This document shows, one piece after another, positions 13,005 through 26,323 of a stretch of DNA of 64,000 nucleotides; position 1 is the first letter of the stretch; each line of letters opens with the position of its first letter. A program made the translations under genes and the position numbers. The notes below the pieces were generated by a model. The model was not told the origin of the DNA. It worked only from the letters and a program-made list of their open reading frames with translations, and did no database searches. The DNA is taken from NCBI RefSeq assembly GCF_018350175.1, contig NC_058383.1, positions 25,298,001 through 25,362,000 of the forward strand, in the 5' to 3' direction. The DNA comes from Felis catus (lineage: Eukaryota).

Positions 13005-13330
13005 CAAGGGAACTTTAACACAGGAGTGACTCAGCCTCCCCTCTAGAGATTCTGATTCATTTGGTCTGGGAGGAAGCCTACATATCTGGGTTCTTCTAAG
13101 CCCCCAGGTTCTGTGGATAAGCAAACAGGGTCCAGATGACAACAATGGTCGTCAGATGTACTCCCTGAACCAGCAGCATGGGCATCACCTGGGAACTTGT
13201 TAGGAATGCGAAATCTCAGGCCTCCCAGGGACCTACTGAATCAGAAACATGGGTGATCTGTTTTTACAACCCCCCTCCCACCTCTCCTGGTAATTCTGAT
13301 GTACATTCAAGTTTGAGGGTCTCTGGGCTA
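13005..13330. mobile_element. Two adjacent MER5-type hAT fossils
   Basis: agagattctgattcatttggtctggg; and ggcatcacctgggaacttgttaggaatgcgaaatctcaggcc...cctactgaatcagaaac...taattctgatgtacattcaagtttgag. Confidence 0.75.
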
Positions 13331-14839
13331 TAGGAGGAATCAATCCTAAAAGCCTACACTTTTTAGGTCGTGCATCAGAGGAACAAGATGAAAGAACTGG
13401 GTAAGAGCAGGAGAAAGTGTGGGCAAAATTGGGAAAACAAAGAGAGATGGGAGAAGAGACCCAAAGAATCCAGAGGCAACCTTGACTTTGTCCCTGGGTG
13501 AGCTAGCATCACAGCTATGAAATGTGCTAAGAAATTTAAAAGGCTTCCAAAGACATGCTTCTCAAAACAAGGCATGCAGTGGGGGTGGCTGAAGCCACAG
13601 AACGAAGATGGCGTGTCTTCCCGGAAAGTCAATTTACCGAAACATGTTTTAGGGGAAAAAGTTAAATTATTTCATCAATGAGTAACTGAAAACATGACTG
13701 TTAGATTAAAGCAAACAGATCTATGGTGCCACAGAATACCACCTGCTTGTACACTTCTTAGATAAAAGGAAAGCCTCAAAGACATTTTATACTTGCATTG
13801 GGGAGTTTTAGACAACAGCCTCGGACCCCTTGGGGACCGGTTCTCTTTTCCTTGCCTTTTGGTGGAAAACACAACGATTAATGAATGAATTAATGGACTG
13901 ATTGGTTAGATAAATGATTGGAGTCCCTACCTTGTGCCAAACATCCCACTGGACACCAGGGATGCACCAGTAACAAAAATGGGCAGAGTTTCTGCTCTAG
14001 AAAAGCTTACAGTATAACAAGGTGTGGTGAGCAGGCTCCAGCAGTAATGGGCCAGTCTGGAGTGAGGTCATGAAAGACTTCTACTGAGGAAGAGACACTG
14101 GAATTCAGACGGGGAGACCAGTGTGAGAAGCCTATTCCCAGGAGGTCTGGGGAAAGCATTCCATGTCTCTTGCTTCCCTTCCCTAGAACTCTTTTCTTTC
14201 TGCACCTTTAACCCCCAAATCATGCCCAACTCCCTCCAGGAAATGTTTCCTGACCCACTCCAGCAACTCTGACCATCCTCTGAATTTACATAATCTCATT
14301 CTTCCAGCACCTCTGGAATCACTACTCACTCACACTTTCTGTCATTTGGGTCCCATCTTCATGATGTTTTTCCATACCCAAATGATATCAACACCAGAGC
14401 TGACTTCATCTTTTATCCAATACCATTATAAAAAAACCATGAATAAATAATGTCATAAATATGCCATAGGAAAAGGGATAACGGGATAAAGTATAAAGGT
14501 ATAATTGCCTCTCTGTTATAGAGGAAGACTGGCAAATGTTACAAGCGTGTTCAAGGCAAATCAGCACTCACTGAGACATTCTCCTTGAGACCCCAGGAAG
14601 ACCAGAGAAGATATGAGAAGGGAAATGCAAGTGCTTTGTGATCTGATAGTTGTGTAGTTCCTGAAATAACTTCATGTTCCACTAATGGTACACAGTGTTG
14701 CCTATTATTATTATTATTTTTTGCATGTTTCATGTTTTGTTTTCAGGAGGATGTTAGAGCTCTGTAACAAAACTATAAAATCCACAAGGATAAGGCTCCT
14801 TTACATTCCCCATAGCACCTATGGTAAGTGTTGGAATGT

Positions 14840-14896
14840 TTCTCTCTTTTTTTTAAGTTTATTTATTTTGAGAGTGAGCAAGTGTGAGCAGGGGAG

Positions 14897-14945
<49 letters not shown>

Positions 14946-14963
14946 CCCAAGCAGGCTCTGCAC
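14840..14963 (-). mobile_element. 5'-truncated Can-SINE
   Basis: ttttaagtttatttattttgagag, (GA)n, agaatcccaagcaggctctgcac, then similarity stops. Confidence 0.85.
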
Positions 14964-15544
14964 TTTAATGCTGGCAGCACATTAAGCATCCTTAATCTTT
15001 TCCTTGAACTGTGCTAAACCCTTTGCATGTGTGACCTTCTTTCTTTCCCACGATATCTCTGGTACGGAGGTAATATTGTCATCTCAACTCTACAGAGAAA
15101 AAACAGGCTCAAGAGAGAGAAGGAAATGACTTGATTGGGTTCATCCAGGAAGTAAGAGGCAGAGGGGGAGCTGGACCAGGTGTGGCACTGAAGCACTCAG
15201 GGTCATTGCAGCCCATGGCTCAGACCATTTGGACACAACTGGGGTAGCTCAGGCCTGCGTCACAGGCATTCTGATGAACAGTGCTTACTTTTGCAGAGGG
15301 GCCCAGCCCAAAAGATTCTTATGAAAATAAAGTAAGAACATAAACGTAAAAAGGGGTGGAAGAAAAGAAATGAGGCCAAGTATTACACACAACCGATTAC
15401 TCAGTAAAACCCATTATGAAACTCTCCTCACCTGCTCAGTCCTTCTGTGACTCCCCACTGCCTCCCTATGGGACTCAGACACCCAACTTGCATGTTTTGC
15501 CATGATGATCTTCACCATACATATGACCTTCATGCACTGATATT

Positions 15545-16380
15545 AAGTAATTGAACTGTATTTTGCATGCGCTTGTATGGTTCAATGCAAAATTAAAAAA
15601 TTATAAAAGGGAACATGGTAAAAACTCTCCCACCCTCTCCTTCCACCCAGGTCCGCTTCCCAGACACAACCACCACTGCTATGGTCTGAATGTTTGTGTC
15701 CCCCAACAAAATTCACAATTTGGAATCTTAACCTCCATCAAAATTCACAATTTGGAACCTTAACCTCAAATGGATGGTTAAAAGGCAGGGCCCTTTGGGA
15801 AGCAGTTAGGTCATGGGGGTGGAGTCTCCATGAATGGGATTGGTGCCCTGATAAAAGAGACCCCAGAGAGCTCCTTAACCCCTTCTGGATTGTGAGGACA
15901 TGGTGAGAAGGCACAAGCTATGAACCAGGAAGAGAGCCTTCACCGGAGCGTAACCATGCTTGTACCTTGATCTTAGAATTCCCAGCCTCCAGAACTGTGA
16001 GAAATAAATTTCTGTGCTTTTAAGCCACCCTGTCTATGATATTTTGCTACAGCTGACCGCAAACTAAGACAACCTGTATCTGTTTCTTGTGTGTCTACTA
16101 ATGTATAAGCAAACAGACACACACACACAGGCACACATATATACCCTTTTTAAACAAAAATGAAGCATATGGGGCATAATGGTCTTCCAACTGCTTTTAT
16201 GACTTAACAATACACCTTAGAGCTTATTTTATATCATAATGTAAAAACTTCCTCATTTTTTAAGGCTGCTTTGTGTTTGTTTTCCCCATTCTTCAACCAG
16301 TCTCCAACTGATGAGCAATTAGGTGGTTCCTAATCTTTCGATATTGCAAACAATACAGCATGAATAATCTTCCAATTATT
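15545..16380 (-). mobile_element. Old L1 (L1ME/MC-like) 3' end split by an MLT1 LTR
   Basis: cccagacacaaccac | ...ttcaaccagtctccaactgatgagcaattaggtggttcctaatctttcgatattgcaaacaatacagcatgaata. Confidence 0.6.
15677..16071 (+). mobile_element. MaLR solo LTR, MLT1A-like
   Basis: tgctatggtctgaatgtttgtgtcccc start; cagcctccagaactgtgagaaataaatttctg; ends actaagaca. Confidence 0.88.
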
Positions 16381-16739
16381 CTATTAATGACCTGGCATCT
16401 TCCTTTCAATCAACTGTTTCTAAAAACTTTTCTCACATCTTAAGCACTATCTATGAAAGCACAGATTTGATGAGCTAATGATATATGTTTCTAATTCACA
16501 CTAATATAGATAGATAAGAAATCCACAACCATTTAAATCAAAGTGCTTGCCTGTGTATCACCTATAACAATTCTGCTTAGCACCTGTGCCATGCATCTAC
16601 TATCCTGGGAAACACCTGCTGCCCAGAAGTTCCAAACTCTTTGGCCAGACACAGGATGCCCTTGAGGATCTGCCTTCTGCCTCAACTCTCCAAACTCATT
16701 TCCCCTGTGTCCTATGCTCAAACCTTGTGGAATCATAGG

Positions 16740-16923
16740 TCTTTTTTATTTTATTTTTTAAGTGTATTTATTTGGGGGGGGGGGGTGCGGAGAGAGAATC
16801 CCAAGCAGGACCCGTGCTGTCAGCATACAGCCCAACAGGGCTTAAACTCATGAACTGTGAGATCATGACCTGAGCTGAAATCAAGAGTTGGGTGCTTAAC
16901 CGACTGAGCCACCCAGGTGCCCC
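16740..16923 (-). mobile_element. Can-SINE
   Basis: TSD tgtggaatca(t/c)agg at 16726-16739 and 16924-16937; head ctgagccacccaggtgcccc. Confidence 0.92.
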
Positions 16924-17208
16924 TGTGGAATCACAGGCTGTTTTAGTTGCATGCCAAACTGGATCATGCCCCAGTAACTTTGCACATGCTCCTCCCCTGC
17001 TTGGAGCAGCATCTATGCCTTGTCCCCTGGAGAACTCCTGTTCTCTTCTCAAGTTGTAGTCCAAGTTCTCCCCCTCCAGGAAGCCCTCTCTGCCTTTTTC
17101 ATCCAAACCTGCATCCACACACCTGGGACATACTTGCTTCTACTTGCTTCTACTTTAACCCTCAGCACACAGAGTTAGTATGGCAGAGTGGTTAAGAAAG
17201 TAGGGTCT

Positions 17209-17430
17209 GGGGGCACCTGGGTGGTTCAGTTGGTTACACATCCAACTTTGGCTAAGGTCATGATCTCACAGTTTGTGAGTTCCAGCCCCATTTTGGGATG
17301 TCAGCCCAGAGCCTGCTTTGGATCCTCTGTCCCTTCTCTCTCTGCCCCTCCCCTGCTCATTCTCTCCTCTCCCTCTCTCAAAAAATAAATAAATGTTAAA
17401 AAAGAAAAGAAAAGAGAAAAAAAAAAGAAA
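17209..17430 (+). mobile_element. Can-SINE inserted in the 5' end of a MIR (MIR about 17177-17630, +)
   Basis: gggggcacctgggtggttcagttggtta...aataaataaatgttaaaaa; MIR continues ...cctgggttcaaagcccaactcc...tgaccttgggcag. Confidence 0.92.
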
Positions 17431-17689
17431 TGGTCTGAGCTGTGTTGCCTGGGTTCAAAGCCCAACTCCACCGTACTAGAGGCTTGACCTTGGGCAGATT
17501 GCTTAATCTCCTGGGAGTTTCAATTCCCATTTGTAAAATGGTGATAATCATAACATCGACCCCATAGTGAGGATTAAAAGATGTATTTAGCAGAGTAAAT
17601 GCTCAGTAAATGTGCATTATGGCTATTACCCTTACAGCTGTTTCCCCTGCTACATTATTAGCTCTTTTTAGCCTCCAAGCTCTTCAGTT

Positions 17690-18365
17690 TCTAATCCTGT
17701 CAGGCCTACCTTCAAAATAGATCTCATTTCTGAGCATATCTCACCCGGGCCACACCGCCAGCTGAGCACAAGCCACCGTCCTCTTCCACCCAAGCATCAG
17801 CCTCCTAATGGCCTCTGTGTACTGTTCCCAGCAGCCCCTTTAAGATAGAAGTCAGATGCGGTCGTATCCTGCTCTGAACCATCCTGAAGTTTCTATTCTT
17901 ATTTTTATTCTTAAAATAAAGGTTTCTTATTCTTAAAATAAAACCCAAAGTCCTTACTATGGCAAAAGAGGCCCACCCCATCTGGCCCCTGCCTCCCTCC
18001 CTCTTCATGATGCTCTCCCTTCTCCAGCCACAGTCACCTCCTTGTTGTTCCTCCAGCACACAGAGTGAATCCCCACCTTAGAGGTCCACTCATTCCTCAG
18101 TCTGTTCTTCCCTCAGGTAGCCACAGGGCTCACTCCCTCACTCCACTGAGGCCCTGATCTCTATCCAGAATGACTGCATACCATTCCTCTGTGGTCCTTC
18201 TCTGTTCAAAAGACCCATGGCTTCTGGACAACCCAGTGGAATGGATGCTTCATAAAGACAAGGACTTCATTTTATTCCCCACTGTATCCCCAACCCCCCA
18301 ACCAGTGCCTGGCACATAGTAGGTGCTCCATAAATACTTGCTGAGTGAATGGACAAATGAATGAC
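17690..18365 (+). mobile_element. L2 fragment with 3' end
   Basis: aaaataaaacccaaagtccttactatggc...agtgcctggcacatagtaggtgctccataaatacttgctgagtgaatgg. Confidence 0.8.
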
Positions 18366-18521
18366 TGCAGTGCCCAGAACAGGGCCAGCAACATTTCTGA
18401 GGATTAGCAAATGTTTGGAGAGGAATGGAGAGAGACAGGGAGAGAGAAGAAACAAGCAAGAAAGGAAGGAAGAAAGGAAGAAGAGATGGAAGCCCAGAGG
18501 ATTTTGTTTTTTAGTTGTCAT

Positions 18522-19052
18522 GTGTGTTTATTGAGATATAATTTACGTATCATGAAATGTACCCACTGCAAGTGTACAGGTCAGTACATTTCAGTAAATT
18601 TCCACACTGAGGAAACCATCACCACCACCCAGTTTTAGAACTGTCCCTCACTCTTCTGGCCCATTTGCTGTCAGTCCTGCTCAGAGCTCTAGTCCCAAAC
18701 CACCACCAATCAGCTTCTGCACACTCTAATTTTGCCTTTTCTAGAAATTTCATATAAATGGAATCATACATTATGTAGTCTTTTCTGTCTGGCTTTTTCT
18801 GCAACGTTTCATAATTATTTTTAGGTTCACCCATGCCATGCATGCATAGTAGCTCGCTCCTTCTTATTCCTGAGTAGCATTCCATGGTAGAGATATGCCA
18901 CATTTTGTTTATCCATTTTCCAGCTGATGGACGTTTGTAGGGTTTCCTGTTTTAGGCTATTATGAAGAATGTTGCCATGACTTTCAGGCACATGTGTTTC
19001 CAAATGTCCAGGGTAGATACCTATGAATGGGCTTGCTGGGCCATACAATAAC
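18522..19052 (-). mobile_element. L1MB-like 3' end
   Basis: tttattgagatataatttac...ttttctagaaatttcatataaatggaatcatac...gccacattttgtttatccatt. Confidence 0.85.
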
Positions 19053-19619
19053 AATATAAGTCCCAAAGATTTTGATGCCCTAAGACTTTTGGAATCTCCA
19101 CTGAGGCTTGTAAGAAAATGCTCCAACTGTGGTAGAGAAAAATACACGGAAAACTCAGTTTGCGCTGCAAGCCCAGCTCCAAGTCCTAAGTATGTGGCCA
19201 ATTCATTATGCCTGTGTTTGAAGCCCATTTGCAGTTGTATTTGATGTATTGTCTGTGGGGAGACGGTGAAATTTGCCAGCCTTCACACTAACAACTGAGC
19301 CTAATTTTTCACCCAGTGATTCTAAAGAAGTTTCTTCTTGGCAGAGGCTTGGGCTAGGAACAGTTGAAATTGATTGTGGCAAATGATGTGGGAAGAAGTG
19401 ATACAGTGTTTACCACCTAAAGTGAAAGGTGAAGTGAACATCATCAGGCAGAAGAGTCTCTGCACCTCCCCACCCATGCCCTCCCATGAAATTTTGGACC
19501 CTGCCAAAGCATCCTGGACCTGTGAACAGTGCCAACCACAGAGGCCTTGAAACTTGAGTCTCCACCACCCCAGATCTCAGATCCTGCCAGGTTCATCCTG
19601 ACAAATCCTCCATTCAGGT

Positions 19620-19650
19620 TTTATTACTTTTTAAATGTTTTATTCATTTC

Positions 19651-19681
<31 letters not shown>

Positions 19682-19847
19682 CAGAGAGAGAGAGAGAGCA
19701 GGGGAGAGGCAGACAAAGAGGGAGACACAGAGTCCAAAGCAGGCTCCAGGCTCTGAGGGGTCAGCACAGAGGCCTATGCAGGGCTTGAAGTCATGAAAGG
19801 AGAGATCATGACCTGAGGTGAAGTCGGACGCTTAACCCAGGCGCCCC
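19620..19847 (-). mobile_element. Can-SINE with a 12-bp deletion in the head
   Basis: TSD core cctccattc at 19607 and 19848; head reads cttaacccaggcgcccc. Confidence 0.92.
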
Positions 19848-19973
19848 CCTCCATTCGGCTTTTAAACCTCATTGTTATGATGATGAAAATCATCAGGAGC
19901 CCAAGCTTGCCTGGGCTGCGCTGGCATTTACAGAAAGCTTCCAGGCTTTCATCTCCTGCCTTGCCACACCCCC

Positions 19974-20005
19974 CTGCTTTGCTCTGCTTTGCTCTGCTTT
20001 GCTCT
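19974..20005. repeat. (CTGCTTTGCT)x3 tandem repeat
   Basis: Directly visible. Confidence 0.9.
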
Positions 20006-20784
20006 AGTTTCAAAGACTTCACCCAGTAAGGGAATTGACATTCAGGTGAATGCCTCAAGGACTGGACCCCTTTAGCCTCTGTCCCCATCCTACCCCATGA
20101 GAAAATGAAATGCTTACCACAGCTTTCCTTAGAGATCTTTTGTAGCATAAAATCAGAGTTGGTCCTAGGATATAATTTGGGCTTCAAAAGTCAGTCTCTG
20201 ATGTTCCCAATTGAACAAGGTAAAATGCCCATTTGACAAAGGTAAAATTAAAAAAAAAAAGGTAAAAAAAAAAAAAGCAGACTGAATGCAGAAGCTCTCA
20301 GAGCTTTGGGTAAATAAATATTCTCTCTGATGGGCTCCAGCCTCCCTACAAAGCGAGAGGACACTGGAAAATGATCGGTCAGGTGGGCAAATTTTGTAGG
20401 AGTTCTTCTTGTTGCTATAGTTTGTTTGATGCAACTGAGGTTCTATCTGAGAAGGGACTACAGGCTTTCAGGTCCACTGTGTTGGGAGGCCAGCAGCCTC
20501 CAGGTGATCCACATGCAGGAGCTGACTGACATGGGTGGAAATGGGAGAAAGAAGCGAGGACACTGTTGGCCTCGAGGCCAGGGTCTGAACTCTGGCAAAA
20601 GATGCTGAAGGACTGTCCATGAGACTCAAAGGCCCTGAAAACACAGCTTTGAGGGCCAGGGGACAAAGTGGGGCACATACAGGGGGAGGCAGCATTTGAC
20701 TCATTTCAGCACAGCATGGAGTGTGGTTTCTGCTCAGGAAAGAAGGTGAGAATGCAGCACCACCAACCCCACTCTACCGAGTGA

Positions 20785-21030
20785 GGCATGCTACAGTATT
20801 GGGCTGGATGACCTGGTTTCAAATCCTGACTCTGCTTCTTTCTTACTGTCTTTGGACAAGTTGCTTCACCTGTCTGCACCTCAGTTTTGTCATCTGTAAA
20901 CCATATATATTAATAATAACTACCTCCTAAGTTTGCTATGAGGAATAAGCGAGTTAATACACAGAGAGGGCCTATAGACAGTATATAGAAATTGTTTGCT
21001 AAATGTGTTGGGAGTTATTGCTGCTGTTAT
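20785..21030 (+). mobile_element. MIR
   Basis: cctggtttcaaatcctgactctg...cacctcagttttgtcatctgtaaa...tgaggaataagcgagttaatac. Confidence 0.75.
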
Positions 21031-23282
21031 GGATTTCCAGGTTTGAGGAGCGCTGGGTGATACCACCCTGGCATATACATTAATGTCAAGATGATTCCAG
21101 CAGGAGCTACTGAAAAGAGGCCTGGAGCAAACAGAGCCTGAAAGAATCATGTGAAAGCTCACATAAAACCCCCTTGGGACTCCTAGCAAAACCTGGGTGA
21201 GACTTTGAGGGAATGTGGGGGACCCCAAGGCCTTTTCAGGAGGTATGACCACTGTTAGTAATGACTTCGTTACACTCAGCTTTGGGAGCCTGGGAATATC
21301 TGAGTTACCCAAGAAGAGGCTGGCAGAAACAGAGGAAATAGCTACTGAATGGTTTAGCAGCTGAAAGCACAGCCACCCATACTGCCCAGGTTCAAATCCC
21401 AGATCTGCTACTTCCTAACTCGGTGTTTTGAGTGAGTGAATGAAATTTCCCTGGGCCACAGTTTGACTCAACCGTAAAATGAAAATAAAAATAGTAGTCC
21501 CTATTTCATAAGGAGTTTGTTGGGTTTTCAAGAGATCCTTACATGGTACAGTGCCCAATAAACATGAGTGATCCAAACTAGCAGATTAGGAGCAAGAGGG
21601 CCTCATGTGGGGGGAGCAACATGTGCAAAGGCCCAGAAGTGGAGAGAGAGCACAGGTGCAGGAATCAGTGAGGAGGCAAGGATGTGCGTGCAGCTGCCAG
21701 AGGCTTGTCCTGGGCTCACAGGCCTTCTCTTCACAAATGGAGTGATGATGAGCAAGAAAGAGATTTCTGGCACATTGGTAAATGACCTCGATTGTGTTTG
21801 TGTCTCGCCAGCTACATTTTAAACCCTTTGAGGGCTGAGACCTTGTTTTTCCATCTTTGTACCCATAGCACCTGCCACCACGCCCAGCACACAGTGACTG
21901 CTAAGTTGGTGTTTATGAGACGTTAAAAGCACTGGAAAAAGCTCCAGACCAGAATTCTGGTACAGCTTTGGCCTTTACTTATTCTCTCTAGGACCATGAC
22001 CAAGTCATGCCATTGATGCTCAGCTTATGTTGGACCAACAGAGATTATGGAAGGGATTTTAGAGATGAAGAAACAGAAATCTAGAGGACAGGAAGAACAT
22101 AGTTAATGTGAAACATTAAGTTAATAATAGTGTAAGGGCTGCAACCATTCCCTCTGCTAAGTCCAGTGCCCATTTCCACCTGATTTCTCACGGGGAAGAT
22201 TAATAATGGTTTTACTGTGTAGTTGAACTTCATATTCTTGGTAAGCTTGCATATTTATTTTCAATGAGCTGGTCAATTCATCTCGAGACTCTATTCTTCC
22301 AAACCAACTTGGGAGTTAATAATAAGCACTTATAACACTGATATGAAAAAAATAATAACCCCATATTACTAATGAAGAAACCCAGCCTCAAAAGAGCTGA
22401 ATTTACTTGCCCAAATTCACACACCTGGTAGGGAAGTTGTGGCTTCTAAATTCAAACTCAGAGCTTCCTGAATCCAAAAACCCCTGTGCTTCTCTCTAGG
22501 GAAAGTGGATTCTGGGTAGTAGTTAAGGCACTTTGCCTGGAGTGCAAGGCTTCTGTTGGAGGTCTGGGGTTCTGACCCCACAGAAAGGCCTCCAGCACAG
22601 AAGGCTGTGGCTCAACCATTCTGAAGGTTCAAGGCCACCTTGATGTGCTTGGCTACTTGGGAAAACCAATGAAAATCTGAAACTCTTCTCTAATTCTCTC
22701 CCTCTCTCCTTCTCTGAAGGGTAGCAAACCTGTAAGAATAACCTCATCTCTCACCACACCCCTTGCTGATTCAGATAAACAGGTCAAAGAGAAACGCAGC
22801 TTCACAGCTGTATAACTTACAATCACTGGGAGGCAGTAGGGCAACAGTAGGGCAAGCTGTGAGTTCTGACATTAGGTGCAGCACAAATGACCCTGGTCAC
22901 CTTCCAATTAAACAGCCTCCAGAGTCTCTCCCCATTTCCTCCCTTCCAGCCCCGATCCCCTTCAAGAGAATCAATGCTTTCATTTTGCTGGAACTGAAAT
23001 TCACATTTAAATCCCTATTACATCATAAGAAATGTCCCGTGCATCCGCACAGACTTACCAAATGTATTAATGTCTTTTGCATTTTTTTCCATAAAGATCT
23101 ATCTTAATCTAATATTGTTCCATCTCCATTAAGGCACCTCCTTTAAAGGCTATTCCTGTATGAAGACTCCTGAAGTGACCACAATTTTGTTCCCACTGTC
23201 AGCTGGAGAACTCTAGAAATAAACTAGCTACAATTTAGCAAGCACCTACTATGGGCCATGTATCTTATACAATGATAAATTA

Positions 23283-23752
23283 TGTTACTTAGGCTGTAAG
23301 TTTGGTTGCTAAAACAGAGACCCCCACATTACAGTGGTCAAATGATACTTAACTTTATCTCACTCACATTCAACTAGGAGTAAACTGTTTCGGACTGGTG
23401 TGGGGGCTCCAGGATGTCAGAAATCCTAGGTTCTTATGTCTTTTTTCTCTGCCATCTTTGGCTGTTGCCATCATTCAACTTGTCCAAGACAATGCATTGC
23501 TACCTTCCATCCAGCTAAGAGGAAGGGAGAAAAGAAACTCCCTTTCCCCTTTAAAGACATGAACTTATATATGACATAGCTACACATTTCCAATTAGCCA
23601 GAACTTAGTCAAGGACTATGCCCAGATGCAAAGGAGGCTAGGTATTGCAGTCTTTAATCCAGATTTCATGGACTCAGTTAGACATGAGAGGTTTCATTTC
23701 TATTGAAGAAGAAGATAATGGATACTAGCACATACTAGCATTATGTGCCACA
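23283..23752 (-). mobile_element. Old MaLR LTR (MLT1J/K/L-like)
   Basis: TG...CA ends; gccagaacttagtca...gatgcaaaggaggctaggtattgcagtcttta. Confidence 0.65.
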
Positions 23753-24949
23753 CAAGATGGTCCTAAATGAGACTAGACCCCAAGATTTTTTAACCTATTA
23801 CAACAACAGGCTAAAAATAAAATTCTCTGACAAAAGAACAGCCTCATCTAGACTAGGGTGTCCATACCTCATTTCCAACTTTACTTAATATGAAATAACC
23901 TAAAATATTGGTTGTGAGATTGTTCTATCTGTGTGGCAGGGACATATTACACCACTATGGGTGGGGATGGGGTTTCCCCTGAAATGAAGCAATGTTCCCA
24001 CAGTCAAACCTCTTTGGTGGGTGATCAATCCTAAAGCAAGAAATGAGGATTCTGATGGAAAATTGTCTCCTCTCTCAGAATTAAAGGCCAGTTTGGCCTC
24101 GATTGCACAGTATAGAGATGCCTAGAATATTTCTGGTGAAGGCAACAGAGGCCCATCCATGGAGAAACAGGCTAAAGACAGAACAAAGCCAGGCAGTTAA
24201 GGGAAGCTGTTCAGTCATTGAAAATATCTGAGGCTCCTAAGAGCCTCTCAGAAATACCTGAGGAGACACATTGGGACATAAGGGGCTTAACCTGATGGCT
24301 CTCATGTTTTTGTCATTTGGATTACACACACAGAAATAATGTTATCGAAGTCTCTAACCATACTATGAGGGGGATTTTATTTTTATCTCCAATTAACAGA
24401 TACAAAAACTGAGTTTGAAAAATGTTTGGAAACCACTCAAGGTCACATAGTGAGTAAATGGAGGCTAAGTCTGCCCATCTTCAAAGACTACCCTCATTCC
24501 ACATGCCTCCCAGAGGAAAAAAAAAAAAGAAGAAATGGGAAAAAAAACCCTCAAAAGTCAATTCACAGAAACAATTCCAATGGTAAATTTTTCCAGCTCA
24601 TGGCTTCTCCATGAGGACTCTTCTTCTGTTTGAATGTCTCCTTGGGTGAGCACTTCCAGGCTACCCTCCAAGAGCCTCCACCATTAAAATTGAACACTGA
24701 TTACTTTTCATGAAGTTTGGTTTCCATTATGTCCTTTGGTTTCTGCAATCAGACTCTCAGGTTTCCAAATCTTTGAAGGCTGTTATTGGGGCTTCCCTGA
24801 ACTGCCTCTCTATCAGCCTACGTGGGAGTTTTTTCTCTCTCCCTCTCTCTTTACTCACATAACAAGAGTGCTTTTGAGTTCTGTCCTCTGAAACATAGAG
24901 CACTTTATCCATGACCCTCAAAAGTTAGCATCCCAAAAGGAACATGCTG

Positions 24950-25292
24950 AAATGGATCCAGTTTTTCCAAAGGGCAGTTTGGGTTTGTGTCTCCAAACCT
25001 TCTAAAATGTACATCTATTTCATCTAGTATTTCCACTTCTGAGTGTTTGTGTCAAGAAAAAATCAGACAGATGTGCAAAGATGTCAGATTATGCATTTTT
25101 TTATCGGCAGAAATATTTGCAATAGTAAAAATATGGCAACAACCAAATATCAATAATAGGTGATTGGTAAAGTAAATGGAGATGCAATGATATGCAATGT
25201 AGCCATTAGAAATGATAATGCAGACTTTTACTGATGATGAATAATGTTCACAGGGAGAACATTAATTGTAGAATATGATTTCATTTCTGTTA
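24950..25292 (+). mobile_element. Old L1 (L1ME-like) 3' fragment
   Basis: ctagtatttccacttctgag...caatagtaaaaatatggcaacaaccaaatatcaataataggtgattgg...gccattagaaatgat. Confidence 0.6.
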
Positions 25293-25759
25293 AGATACAG
25301 ATTGTTTATTTAACAAAATGTCCTGAGTGGTTGCTATTTATCAGGTGCTATGCTAGGAGCTGGGGATATAGTAACGAACAAAATAAAGGCTGGCTATGAG
25401 ATGACCACCATCCACTGACCACTCTCTGTTGGTGATCACTGTGGTCAGTGGCTCAAACAGTCTGAGCCTCAGTCACCTCATCAATCAAAAATGGATAATA
25501 ACAGTTACAGAGATGTGGGAAGGTCAAGCACGTATGGATATAAAGGTTCAATAAATGTAAGGTATATAGTATTTATCATGCCCAAACCTACTATTTCCTA
25601 ATACTATCAATCCACCAGTGATTACTGTGATTTTATGTAAAGGCCCTTAGGCCACATCTCAAATTCTAGTCTCAACACAACCATCAAATATCTATACTGC
25701 CCAGGGGAAATCATTGTATTCAGTCACTTTAGTTAGTCATTCAACAAACCCTTATTGAG

Positions 25760-26323
25760 TAACAACTATGTGTCTTACCATAGCTTGTAGGATTCTTTTT
25801 TCAAAATTTAAATGTTTTTATTTATTGCCTATAGGACTCTATACTCTCTAGCCCCCTCTGCCTTCTGCTCCTACCATTGGCCTACGAACACTGACCTTGA
25901 AGTTCCCCAAATATGTCAAGTTTGCTCCCATTTCAGGGATTCTGCTCTTGCTGTTTTCTTCTGCCTGGAATGTTCTCCCTCCTGTGTGTACTGGCTGGAT
26001 CCTTCTATCTTACCAGTCTCAGCTTAAATATCTCCTCTCAGTAAAGTCCTGAGCATTCTAGGGCATCCAAGACCTTCTGCTCATGACCCTATTTTATCAT
26101 CTTCATAGCATTTACCATGATAAATTAGTTTTCTATGATAAAATTAGTTTTCTTGTTTATTATCTGTCTTCCCCACTACAATGTAAGCTCCAGGAGAGCA
26201 GACACCTATTTTGTCTAGTTCATTGCTGTACCCCAGCTCATAAAACTGTACCTGTCACATAGTAAATGTTTAATAAATTTTGTCAGATGAATGAATGAAT
26301 GAATGAATGAATGAATGAATGAA
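25760..26323 (+). mobile_element. L2 3' fragment ending in (TGAA)n
   Basis: tgctgttttcttctgcctggaatgttctcc; ccccactacaatgtaagctccaggagagcagac; tail gaatgaatgaat. Confidence 0.8.

Noticed and set aside
23052..23215. Minus-strand donor (TTG|GTAAGT) suggesting an exon
   Set aside because: All three frames are closed within about 100 nt upstream and the acceptors are weak
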